From a virus (lineage: Duplodnaviria; Caudoviricetes): a stretch of 42,549 bases of DNA. The notes below the pieces were generated by a model, which was given only the letters and a program-made list of their open reading frames with translations, did no database searches and was not told the DNA's origin. The DNA is taken from positions 1-42,549 of the IMG/VR virus record IMGVR_UViG_3300032332_000905. One strand, given 5' to 3'. Shown here one piece after another: positions 10,487 to 18,316 of this stretch. Positions within the stretch are counted from its first letter, which is position 1; every line of letters begins with the position of its first letter. The translations under genes were made by a program, and so were the position numbers.

Positions 10487-10490
10487 TTAT

Positions 10491-10520
10491 ATTATATCAC
10501 ATAGTTATATATTTTGTCAA
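10491..10520 (-). promoter_or_regulatory. Sigma70-type early promoter with extended -10
   Basis: TTGACA-N18-TATAAT, with TGn before the -10. Confidence 0.8.
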
Positions 10521-10609
10521 TTATTGGATTTTGATTTTAGTAAAGATAAAAATATGGAAATGGTTGTTAATATTATGAATAATTTCAATACTATTTCAGT
10601 AGAGAGCAT
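10517..10609 (-). CDS. Possible 30-aa membrane peptide
   Basis: Manual translation MLSTEIVLKLFIILTTISIFLSLLKSKSNN. Confidence 0.35.
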   Translation of the reverse strand: MLSTEIVLKLFIILTTISIFLSLLKSKSNN

Positions 10610-10644
10610 ATTCTTAATTTTTATTTGTATGACGAACTATCTAT

Positions 10645-10818
10645 TCATTTTGATTGTTTTGGTTCTAACATATATTCTACTGTGACTGCTACATCATTCA
10701 TTGCATCTCTTAAATCTGGTCTTTGTCCAGATTCTTGTCTAACAACTGGACGGGAATCATCAGTGAGAGTCCATCTCCACAGTTTCATTGATGAGCAATA
10801 CCAGAGTTTTATATTCAT
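10645..10818 (-). CDS. Cyanophage hypothetical protein (57 aa)
   Basis: Below the ORF-track cutoff; MNIKLWYCSSMKLWRWTLTDDSRPVVRQESGQRPDLRDAMNDVAVTVEYMLEPKQSK; same strand as its neighbours. Confidence 0.7.
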   Translation of the reverse strand: MNIKLWYCSSMKLWRWTLTDDSRPVVRQESGQRPDLRDAMNDVAVTVEYMLEPKQSK

Positions 10819-10837
10819 TTATAGTTGTTTAAACCAA

Positions 10838-10909
10838 AGCCCCCGACAAGATTTGAACTTGCGACCACCGGTTTACAAAACCGATGCTCTACCACTGAGC
10901 TACAAGGGC
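10838..10909 (-). tRNA. tRNA-Thr(UGU)
   Basis: GCCCTTGTAGCTCAGTGGTAGAGCATCGGTTTTGTAAACCGGTGGTCGCAAGTTCAAATCTTGTCGGGGGCT folds as a cloverleaf with anticodon TGT; CCA is not encoded. Confidence 0.95.
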
Positions 10910-10918
10910 AATAAAAGT

Positions 10919-10947
10919 ATTATAGAATACTTAAAGTAATTCGTCAA
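10919..10947 (-). promoter_or_regulatory. Sigma70 promoter for tRNA-Thr
   Basis: TTGACG-N17-TATAAT. Confidence 0.75.
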
Positions 10948-11209
10948 GTACTTCAGGATTTTCTATATCCATTTCAAATAAACAAGGATGACATTCTTCA
11001 TCTATGAGATAAAAGGATTTTAGATAGAAAAACTCTGGAGTGTATTTCAAATGATCATCTGCTTGAGCAATAATCTCTGGGTCTTGTTGAACTATTTTTG
11101 GAAGTTCATCAAACGTAAATGCGATTCCATTGATATAATAAGTTTTTATAATGAACCTATCATATTGTGTTTTATACCAATTATAAGAGTAATCTATCTT
11201 ATATTTCAT
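10931..11209 (-). CDS. Hypothetical protein (92 aa) between the tRNAs
   Basis: ORF track; CTAAATA late promoter at 11223-11229. Confidence 0.7.
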   Translation of the reverse strand: MKYKIDYSYNWYKTQYDRFIIKTYYINGIAFTFDELPKIVQQDPEIIAQADDHLKYTPEFFYLKSFYLIDEECHPCLFEMDIENPEVLDELL

Positions 11210-11229
11210 ATGATTTTCTTATTATTTAG

Positions 11230-11312
11230 TAGGAGCGAGGGGGGTCGAACCCCTACGGTCTATGACCAACGGATTTTAAGTCCGATGCGGCTACCAATTA
11301 CGCCACGCTCCC
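11230..11312 (-). tRNA. tRNA-Leu(UAA)
   Basis: GGGAGCGTGGCGTAATTGGTAGCCGCATCGGACTTAAAATCCG...GGTTCGACCCCCCTCGCTCCTA; long variable arm, anticodon TAA, no intron. Confidence 0.95.
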
Positions 11313-11321
11313 GATAAAACA

Positions 11322-11350
11322 ATCATAAGACCTAAATCCTAGATTGTCAA
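11322..11350 (-). promoter_or_regulatory. Sigma70 promoter for tRNA-Leu
   Basis: TTGACA-N17-TATGAT. Confidence 0.8.
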
Positions 11351-11360
11351 GGTATAAAAA

Positions 11361-11567
11361 TCACGCTTGATACGTGATTGGATGATACTTTAAGTATTCA
11401 CGAAAAGTCATCTTCATTTCTTTTTGTGTCATTCCACAATGTTTTGCAGCATCAGGTAATGTCAACTTGGCATGAAACAAAGCTTCATTTGCTTCTTGGA
11501 CATTTTGAGGAGTTGTTTTGACAAAAACTTCAAACAAATCCCTACGGTCAATCTTAAAAAAACTCAC
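11361..11567 (-). CDS. Hypothetical protein, possibly HTH (68 aa)
   Basis: LTLPDAAKHCGMTQKEMK resembles an HTH; start overlaps the upstream stop. Confidence 0.7.
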   Translation of the reverse strand: MSFFKIDRRDLFEVFVKTTPQNVQEANEALFHAKLTLPDAAKHCGMTQKEMKMTFREYLKYHPITYQA

Positions 11568-11749
11568 AGTGGTTCCGCATAAACAAGTTCTCCACCATCA
11601 CCAATTGCTTCTCGGACAAAAGAAAGAACGTTCATAAACTCTTCAGGATTATCACATTCCACAATCTTTTCATCGCCCATATTGGAAAACAAATTAAAAG
11701 ATCGCTTACTTGCATCCACAACACATCGGGTCAGATATACATCTTGCAT
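11564..11749 (-). CDS. Cyanophage hypothetical protein (61 aa)
   Basis: ORF directly downstream of an early promoter. Confidence 0.7.
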   Translation of the reverse strand: MQDVYLTRCVVDASKRSFNLFSNMGDEKIVECDNPEEFMNVLSFVREAIGDGGELVYAEPL

Positions 11750-11774
11750 TTGGTCGTCTCGTGATTACCTGACT

Positions 11775-11803
11775 ATCATAGGGCATCCTGGCGCCCCTGT
11801 CAA
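11775..11803 (-). promoter_or_regulatory. Sigma70 early promoter
   Basis: TTGACA-N17-TATGAT; the -35 lies in a CCCCT-TGAC-AGGGG inverted repeat. Confidence 0.75.
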
Positions 11804-11807
11804 GGGG

Positions 11808-12185
11808 TTATGCCAAAGTAATATTTGCGAACCTCAAAATACCATCAGTTCCTCTTGCAGCAATTCTGAGAGTTGTATTGTTCAATAAGAAGAAACTTAA
11901 TTGTGAATTTGAAGGTGGTACTGCCGTTGTTCCTAAACCAATTGTACTAATGCCAGAAACAATTAATTGTTGTGCCGTAACAATACCAAGAGTACTAACA
12001 CCAGAAACATTTAAAGTCTGTGTTTTTAAATTTGATGCTGTGGTAATTCCTGTGGAATTTAAGTTCTGGCAAACAATATCTGTACTAATTCCCACTCCAT
12101 AAACAGATCCTTGAGTTTGAATTCCAACAACAGTGCTTGAACCTAATCCAACAGCATCATCAATATAAGTATGATAGATGGTCAT
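11808..12185 (-). CDS. Short fibre-like structural protein (125 aa)
   Basis: Carries TQTLNVSGVSTLG and QLIVSGISTIG repeats shared with the 833-aa fibre. Confidence 0.7.
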   Translation of the reverse strand: MTIYHTYIDDAVGLGSSTVVGIQTQGSVYGVGISTDIVCQNLNSTGITTASNLKTQTLNVSGVSTLGIVTAQQLIVSGISTIGLGTTAVPPSNSQLSFFLLNNTTLRIAARGTDGILRFANITLA

Positions 12186-12823
12186 TATTCTTTCCTCCCA
12201 TAATCGTGACCAGAAATAGAGTATTGTTTATCACTTCCTGGATAATCTGCTGGTGTCTGACCTTCATATTCAATCACCAAAGGCTCTCCATCAATTCTTG
12301 CTGCATTAATCATATAATAGCAATCAATATTTACTCCTGTTCCTGATTTGATTAAAATCTTTTTCCCCCATTCAATTTTTTCTACAATCAAATCTTGAGA
12401 ATATCCAATTTGAGTTAAAGAAACTGTAATACTTTCTGGATCTATAAGACCATACCAATAATCTGGAAGATTGATAACGTTGGAGTTTGTTAATCTTCCA
12501 CGATAATAAACGCCACCTTCTGGTCCTTCCAAACAAATATGCCTTAAACGATGATATGGTTTATTTGGATGGGAAATATCAAATCCTTTCCAAGATTGAA
12601 TATTGATGGTTCCCTGAAAGTTTCCCGTTGCAGTTCCATTGATTTGAAGATTGTCTATTTGGGCATTTCCATGTACCCAAGGAGGACAAGCTTCCGGTGG
12701 GTAATCTTCATCACTTGTAATTGATTTTACAATATAATCATAGTTTGTAGATTTTTGTCCCCAAGTTTGTTTATCGCTACAATCTTTTCTTCCAATATTT
12801 TGTGGTGTAAATTGATCTGCCAT
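12185..12823 (-). CDS. Structural protein with an intramolecular-chaperone-like C-terminal domain (212 aa)
   Basis: FDISHP...RLRHICLEGPE.GVYYRG...LPDYW..L.....ITVSLTQIG. Confidence 0.7.
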   Translation of the reverse strand: MADQFTPQNIGRKDCSDKQTWGQKSTNYDYIVKSITSDEDYPPEACPPWVHGNAQIDNLQINGTATGNFQGTINIQSWKGFDISHPNKPYHRLRHICLEGPEGGVYYRGRLTNSNVINLPDYWYGLIDPESITVSLTQIGYSQDLIVEKIEWGKKILIKSGTGVNIDCYYMINAARIDGEPLVIEYEGQTPADYPGSDKQYSISGHDYGRKE

Positions 12824-12825
12824 TT

Positions 12826-13614
12826 TTATTTCTCTTTAATGTCATAATGATAACCAGAAACCGAATATTCGTCATTGTTTCCTGGATAATCTGCTGGTGT
12901 TTGTCCTTCATATTCTGGTATTAATTTCTCTCCATCCTTTCTTTCTGCAAAGATATGATAGAAACAATCAATTGGCATTCCTCCATTTGATTGTAAATAA
13001 ACTTTAGATTCATCAATTCTTTTTATAATCACATTTTGATGAGATCCAATTGGAGTTAAATTAACTGTAATTGATGTTACATCTACCAAATCTTTCCAAT
13101 ATTCTGGAAGTTCAATCTCTGTCTTATTTGTAACTCTTCCACGAACATATACATCATTAGATGGACCTTCAGGGCAAGTATGTCTCAATCTCCATCCTTC
13201 TTTTGATGGGTGTGGAATATCAAAGTTCTTTTTTGCAGAAAGAATGTGAAGACCACAACGAGACATTACTTCTCCTTGTGCAATTACATTTGATCCGACA
13301 TTCACCCCTTCCGCAACATCAACAGTTGACATAAATGCTGATGGTCCTTGAACTGCAAGAGAATATGGATTATGAACGCCAGTACATAAAGTACCAGGAA
13401 CGATTGGTGGAAGAGAGTCTACATTTGAGTTTGGACCAATCATTACGGTTGCCCAAACATTCGGAAATGTTGCGGCATTTCCAAAAACTGCTGGTCCTTC
13501 TATAAATGCAGATCCTCTAACTTTTGTTGGACCAACTCCCAAAGGTACAATTGGAAATCCATCACCCACAACAAGTTGGTGAGATACACATAAATCATCG
13601 TGTTGAAATGCCAT
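12826..13614 (-). CDS. Paralogous structural protein with an intramolecular-chaperone-like domain (262 aa)
   Basis: KNFDIPHP...RLRHTCPEGP..DVYVRG...LPEYWKDLV...ITVNLTPIG; C-terminal half aligns with the next gene. Confidence 0.7.
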   Translation of the reverse strand: MAFQHDDLCVSHQLVVGDGFPIVPLGVGPTKVRGSAFIEGPAVFGNAATFPNVWATVMIGPNSNVDSLPPIVPGTLCTGVHNPYSLAVQGPSAFMSTVDVAEGVNVGSNVIAQGEVMSRCGLHILSAKKNFDIPHPSKEGWRLRHTCPEGPSNDVYVRGRVTNKTEIELPEYWKDLVDVTSITVNLTPIGSHQNVIIKRIDESKVYLQSNGGMPIDCFYHIFAERKDGEKLIPEYEGQTPADYPGNNDEYSVSGYHYDIKEK

Positions 13615-13620
13615 AATTTT

Positions 13621-14244
13621 TTATTTTATATTTGTAAACTTTTGGTATTGATTAAATCTTAAAGTTGATTGATCTAAAGGTGCAGATTTACTTGGTTTAG
13701 TAGAGGATGCTGCGGTAAGACCATTGACAAAATTACTTACCAATCCCATAGATGTATTTGCAATTATATTCATACTTTTTGGAGTAAAAAGTTGTACACC
13801 TGTACTTGCATAAAGATCAAAAGATCCTGTCTTAATATTAACAGATTGATTAGACTCAATATTTATTGTTCCTCTTGTATTATCTTTTCCGTGTGCTAGG
13901 ATATCTATATCCATTGCATCCATACGAATTCTTCCGTTTGGAGCATGAAGTATAATATCTCCATTATCTGCCATCACAAAAATTGCCGGTTGATTTTTTT
14001 CAACATCAGTTCCAGACTTTATTTCATAAACTCCAGGACAGCGATTGAGTGTCCATCCTTTACGTATTCCATCTTTATCCATTGTCATATAATGACGAGA
14101 ATCAGATGCCTGAAGCATTACATCAGAAGTTACATTGGAGTTTGTTCCTTCAACATTTGCCAAATGAAGATGACCAAATGAGATTTGACCATCTTTATTT
14201 CCATAATCTATTGCATCAATATTTTTCTTTTCTCCTGGTGTCAT
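13621..14244 (-). CDS. Baseplate spike-associated protein, gp5 C-terminal beta-helix-like (207 aa)
   Basis: NGDIILHAPNGRIRMDAMDIDILA repeats; directly follows gp5. Confidence 0.6.
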   Translation of the reverse strand: MTPGEKKNIDAIDYGNKDGQISFGHLHLANVEGTNSNVTSDVMLQASDSRHYMTMDKDGIRKGWTLNRCPGVYEIKSGTDVEKNQPAIFVMADNGDIILHAPNGRIRMDAMDIDILAHGKDNTRGTINIESNQSVNIKTGSFDLYASTGVQLFTPKSMNIIANTSMGLVSNFVNGLTAASSTKPSKSAPLDQSTLRFNQYQKFTNIK

Positions 14245-14252
14245 TTTTTTAA

Positions 14253-16772
14253 CTATCTAGGTACAATATCAAAGGTTGTTTTTGGTGGAATTCTTCCAAC
14301 ACAATCTACGACATGAATAATCTGTGCATCTGTTGGAACAATATCCTTTTCTTGAGAAAGATTTCCAAGTCTAATTATTTTAAACTGTGGGATAATTTCT
14401 GCATTGATTCCATTTACAGAATCTATGTATATATTTGGATAATCGGTAAATCCAATTCCAGGATTTTCAATTGTAACATCAATCAAAGATCCTGCATCAT
14501 CATATGTAGGAGTCAAAACTGCTCCGTTATCAGGAGTAATTACAATAGGATCTGTTGGATCATAATTTACTCCAGGATCATTGATAACTACATCACCAAT
14601 TTCAAGAACAACTGGATAAGTTCCACCAGGAATAGATGGAGATGTGGGAATAACTGGATTTCCAACATATTTTGGTGTAGTAAATGAACCAGAAGATTTG
14701 ATTGTGATTGGTGTCAGTTGTCCCAATCCATTTAAAGTCTGAACTAAACCTCCTTTTGAATCAAATACCTGAACAACCGTTGATGGTGGAAGATACACAA
14801 TATCTCCAGGTATGACTTTTACAACTTTTCCTGGTTTTTTAGATTTTTGATATCCTGTTCTTACTTTTTTAATGATTGTATCAAAAGGTTCAGATAGTTT
14901 AATATTATCTCCACCAGTACTTCCATCTGGTGCCGAAAGATATCCTGTACCTGGATCAATGATTTCAAACCCTATTACAGATCCATTTCCACTATCTTCA
15001 GTGGTTATAGTACCTCCAGTGATAATAGTGGTATCTGCATTAGTTATAGCAGTTCCTCCAGTGATTGTAGTAGTATTTCCATTTCCATCTGTAATTGTAG
15101 TAGTTGCATCATTGATTGTAGAATTACCATTAGTTGCTATAGTACCTCCAGTGATGGTAGTGGTATCTCCACTAGTTGTAGTAGTTCCTCCAGTGATTGT
15201 AGTGGTATTTCCATTTCCATCTGTAATTGTAGTAGTTGCATCAGTATTTGTTCCAATAATGGATCTAATCACTGCACCATTTCCATTGTTGCAATTTTGA
15301 GTAACTATAACATTTGGAGGTGAAGTATAACCATTTCCTCCACGAACAAGATCAACTCCAAGAATTGAACCAGTTGCACTTATAATAGGATTTGCTAATG
15401 CACCACTACCACCACCAAATCCTGAAATACTAATATTCGGAGGACCACAAGGAAATTGAGAAGTATTGCAAGGAGGAACTGAAGACCCCACTCCTACCAA
15501 TCCACTAGTAATTGAGGATAGACCTGCAGATACTTTATCTAATACACAATTTGCACCATTCCAGAAACTCCACTGATCTCCCATACTACAATCTTGTACT
15601 TCATCACAGGATAAAAATTTGATAACTCCAGAAACGATACTTAAAACATCAAGAACGTTTCCCACAAAATCCATCGCAACTCCAAAGATGGAACTTATTC
15701 CAGAAAGTGCTGAATCAATCGCACCAGTGATTGATCCAAGAACTGAATTTAATAAATTGGCAAGAAACTGTTCTGCCGCACAGATTGGAGCATTGATATA
15801 TTGATCTACAATATCTTTTAATAGTTTTTCTACTAATGCCAAAAGTCCCTTAATGATTTTATTGAAAGCACATTGAAGTGCATCTGTTATTTTTTCTGAT
15901 CCTCCATTTGCAGCCGCTGCCTTATTTGGTGGAAGAACTGGAATTAACTTTGCTATTCCAGCATTTATTTTATTGACAACATATCCTCTCATTTTGTCAA
16001 TTATGTTCTTAACCATTTGAGTGATTAAACCAGCAGCATTTGAAATTACATTATTAATACTTGAGCTCAGACTGGATACTGCACCCATAAAGGTATTTGC
16101 TTCAGACTTGATTCTATTAATCAATGCGAGTGCATTTTTAATAGCACTTTGTATTCCTTTTATTCCTCCACCTGGTCCTTCACATACTTGTATCTTTGGA
16201 ATAAATTCACATGGAGACCCATCTTTTACTTGATCAAGTATACTGACTAACCAAGCACGAGGAGTAATCCCTTCAAAAAAGGGTATTGAAGATGGACCTT
16301 CTGCATATAGATTTTTTGTTGCTACTTTTTTATCTCCATTTAATCCTTTATATCCAGTTCTTGGTGTCAATCCCTTCACTGGATCTCCACCATATAGTCT
16401 TGTCTGGGAGTTATTGCCCATAACTCCCATAATGATTGGTTCTGTGGCATCTATGCCATCCTTATAAAAACCATAAACATACGTTCCCTGACGAATATTT
16501 GCAGTTTGAGTTGCTCCGGCATGTCCGCTTCCTGCTGTTACAGGATAAAGAACTTCTGCCATTTCAAGTTGATCATCAGGACAATCTTTAACTGCGGAAT
16601 CTCTACCAAAAATTCTTACCTTATATCTTTTCCCCCATCCAAGAATATCATCCCTTTTATGAATTTTATCGTTCTCATTTCCTGCCCAATTTTTCTCATC
16701 AACAACTTGACCTGTCCACCATTCAAGTGTTGTTAATCCCAAATGTTCATTAAAGTAATTATTTGCCATCAA
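14253..16772 (-). CDS. gp5: Baseplate hub/spike protein gp5-like
   Basis: N-terminal OB-fold motifs WWTGQV, RYKVRIFG, G.YVYGFYKDG...PIIMG; located in the baseplate module. Confidence 0.8.
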   Translation of the reverse strand: MMANNYFNEHLGLTTLEWWTGQVVDEKNWAGNENDKIHKRDDILGWGKRYKVRIFGRDSAVKDCPDDQLEMAEVLYPVTAGSGHAGATQTANIRQGTYVYGFYKDGIDATEPIIMGVMGNNSQTRLYGGDPVKGLTPRTGYKGLNGDKKVATKNLYAEGPSSIPFFEGITPRAWLVSILDQVKDGSPCEFIPKIQVCEGPGGGIKGIQSAIKNALALINRIKSEANTFMGAVSSLSSSINNVISNAAGLITQMVKNIIDKMRGYVVNKINAGIAKLIPVLPPNKAAAANGGSEKITDALQCAFNKIIKGLLALVEKLLKDIVDQYINAPICAAEQFLANLLNSVLGSITGAIDSALSGISSIFGVAMDFVGNVLDVLSIVSGVIKFLSCDEVQDCSMGDQWSFWNGANCVLDKVSAGLSSITSGLVGVGSSVPPCNTSQFPCGPPNISISGFGGGSGALANPIISATGSILGVDLVRGGNGYTSPPNVIVTQNCNNGNGAVIRSIIGTNTDATTTITDGNGNTTTITGGTTTTSGDTTTITGGTIATNGNSTINDATTTITDGNGNTTTITGGTAITNADTTIITGGTITTEDSGNGSVIGFEIIDPGTGYLSAPDGSTGGDNIKLSEPFDTIIKKVRTGYQKSKKPGKVVKVIPGDIVYLPPSTVVQVFDSKGGLVQTLNGLGQLTPITIKSSGSFTTPKYVGNPVIPTSPSIPGGTYPVVLEIGDVVINDPGVNYDPTDPIVITPDNGAVLTPTYDDAGSLIDVTIENPGIGFTDYPNIYIDSVNGINAEIIPQFKIIRLGNLSQEKDIVPTDAQIIHVVDCVGRIPPKTTFDIVPR
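15001..15243 (-). repeat. 132-nt (44-aa) Thr/Gly-rich duplication in gp5
   Basis: ccatttccatctgtaattgtagtagttgcatca at 15079 and 15211; DATTTITDGNGNTTTITGGT x2. Confidence 0.85.
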
Positions 16773-16990
16773 TCCTCGTAGACTCTACATTCTGGTGCTT
16801 CTGGATTTAGATCACAAAATAATTCTAATGATGTTGGGTCGTGATCGTCATCTGGATTATTTGCCTGATAACGTTCAAGAGCATCTAATTCATTTTCTAA
16901 ATGACGACGACGCTGACTACTAATGTTTGGATTATCCAATTCATCTTGGTCATCATTAATGTGTTGTTGGAGTGATTTTTCCATCTTCAT
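16769..16990 (-). CDS. cp12: CP12 Calvin-cycle inhibitor, cyanophage type
   Basis: C-terminal LELFCDLNPEAPECRVYED CP12 signature. Confidence 0.9.
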   Translation of the reverse strand: MKMEKSLQQHINDDQDELDNPNISSQRRRHLENELDALERYQANNPDDDHDPTSLELFCDLNPEAPECRVYED

Positions 16991-18315
16991 CTCTTAATGG
17001 GTTTTCTTCCTATAGATTCTCTTGCTAAATTAAGACTTGTGTAACAACCGTTTTTTGTAATGCGATGTGCTGCATCTACTACCATATATATGCCACTTTT
17101 CTTGACACTATATGTTGTATCTTCCTTTCCAGTAATCTCTGGAAAGTCACAATGAATCACATCACCTGCCCGAATACTAAAATCACCGGCAAGTGATATG
17201 GTAAGTTTAATTGAAAATAGACTATTATATCTCATTGATGATTGTATCACAATCTCATCAACATTTAAATTCAGTTCTTTTGATCTTTTCAGTTGCTCTT
17301 CAAGATTTTTGCCTGATGGAAGAGTTCCTGTATCCAGGCGTTTTATGTATGCTTTTGTTGATTTATCTTGATCGGCACCAATTTTTGGTCTTTCTGTCCC
17401 GCCTGTATTGCTTTCATTATACTGAACTTTTGAATTCACTACATTTGTTTCTCCATACTTATTTGTATATTGATCAAAAGTTCTGGTCTCTGCCTGTCCA
17501 ATCGCACCAGTTAATCGTAGTCTTTTAAGATTAAAAGTTGAATCAAAAGAATAATTGATAATTTTTCCATCATACTGTGGAGGTACTTCTCCAATAATAT
17601 TATTAAAGATTAAAGTTCTCTTTGGTTTTTGTTCAAATAATTTGTCAATTGATTTAAACTTAAATCCTTCGGCAGTTTCATAAAAGAAATAACCTGCATA
17701 ATTTCCTTTTGCATCTTGCATATCAGGAACACATCTTTTTGCTAACCAAGTGCAAAGATAAAATGGTTTCTGATTTTTTCCAGTAAAGTTGAAGTTATTC
17801 AGAGCAGGATCTACATCTATATTTTTTTCAGTTTTCAATACATCTTTAAGCATTGATATTACGTTATCTGGAATTTTTCCATCATATCTTTTTGCCACTC
17901 TTGTCTCCAATACATCATTATCATGATATTCTGTGGAAGTCATATCAATCGTATAGACAATATTACTTGCACTTTCATCAATATCTCTGGTTTCTAATAC
18001 TCGGAGTGGATTTTTATTTTCAGTTGAGAAGTATAATTGATTTCCATAACCATCAGAAAATTTAAGATTAATTAACTCACCAGTATTCAAATTTACATCA
18101 TCCTTTTCTACAACAGCAACACCTTCTTGAAGTTTTCTGTGACCAGTATCTGCAAGAGTAGCAGTTGCTCTTATAGTATGATCCAGAATGCTTTCGTGGT
18201 ATGTGAGTTCAAGAATACCATTAGAAATATCAATCGGCCCTTTGCCATAATTTGATACAAGTTCAAAGATTTGTATCTGACCTTCGCCTCCTTGTGCTGC
18301 AATATTTCCTGACAT
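16987..18315 (-). CDS. Baseplate hub protein, gp27-like (442 aa)
   Basis: YHESIL, GYFFYETAEGFKFKSID, AGDVIHC...SGIYMV....H; lies between the tape-measure-like genes and gp5. Confidence 0.7.
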   Translation of the reverse strand: MSGNIAAQGGEGQIQIFELVSNYGKGPIDISNGILELTYHESILDHTIRATATLADTGHRKLQEGVAVVEKDDVNLNTGELINLKFSDGYGNQLYFSTENKNPLRVLETRDIDESASNIVYTIDMTSTEYHDNDVLETRVAKRYDGKIPDNVISMLKDVLKTEKNIDVDPALNNFNFTGKNQKPFYLCTWLAKRCVPDMQDAKGNYAGYFFYETAEGFKFKSIDKLFEQKPKRTLIFNNIIGEVPPQYDGKIINYSFDSTFNLKRLRLTGAIGQAETRTFDQYTNKYGETNVVNSKVQYNESNTGGTERPKIGADQDKSTKAYIKRLDTGTLPSGKNLEEQLKRSKELNLNVDEIVIQSSMRYNSLFSIKLTISLAGDFSIRAGDVIHCDFPEITGKEDTTYSVKKSGIYMVVDAAHRITKNGCYTSLNLARESIGRKPIKR

Positions 18316-18316
18316 T

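Noticed and set aside
11230-11312. Group I intron in tRNA-Leu(UAA), as found in many cyanobacteria
   Set aside because: The anticodon loop is continuous (CTTAAAA).
10625-11317. Plus-strand ORFs 10625-10939 and 11051-11317
   Set aside because: They are antisense shadows of the tRNAs and minus-strand genes.
14872-15300. Val/Pro-rich plus-strand ORF
   Set aside because: It is the antisense reading of the Thr/Gly repeat in gp5.
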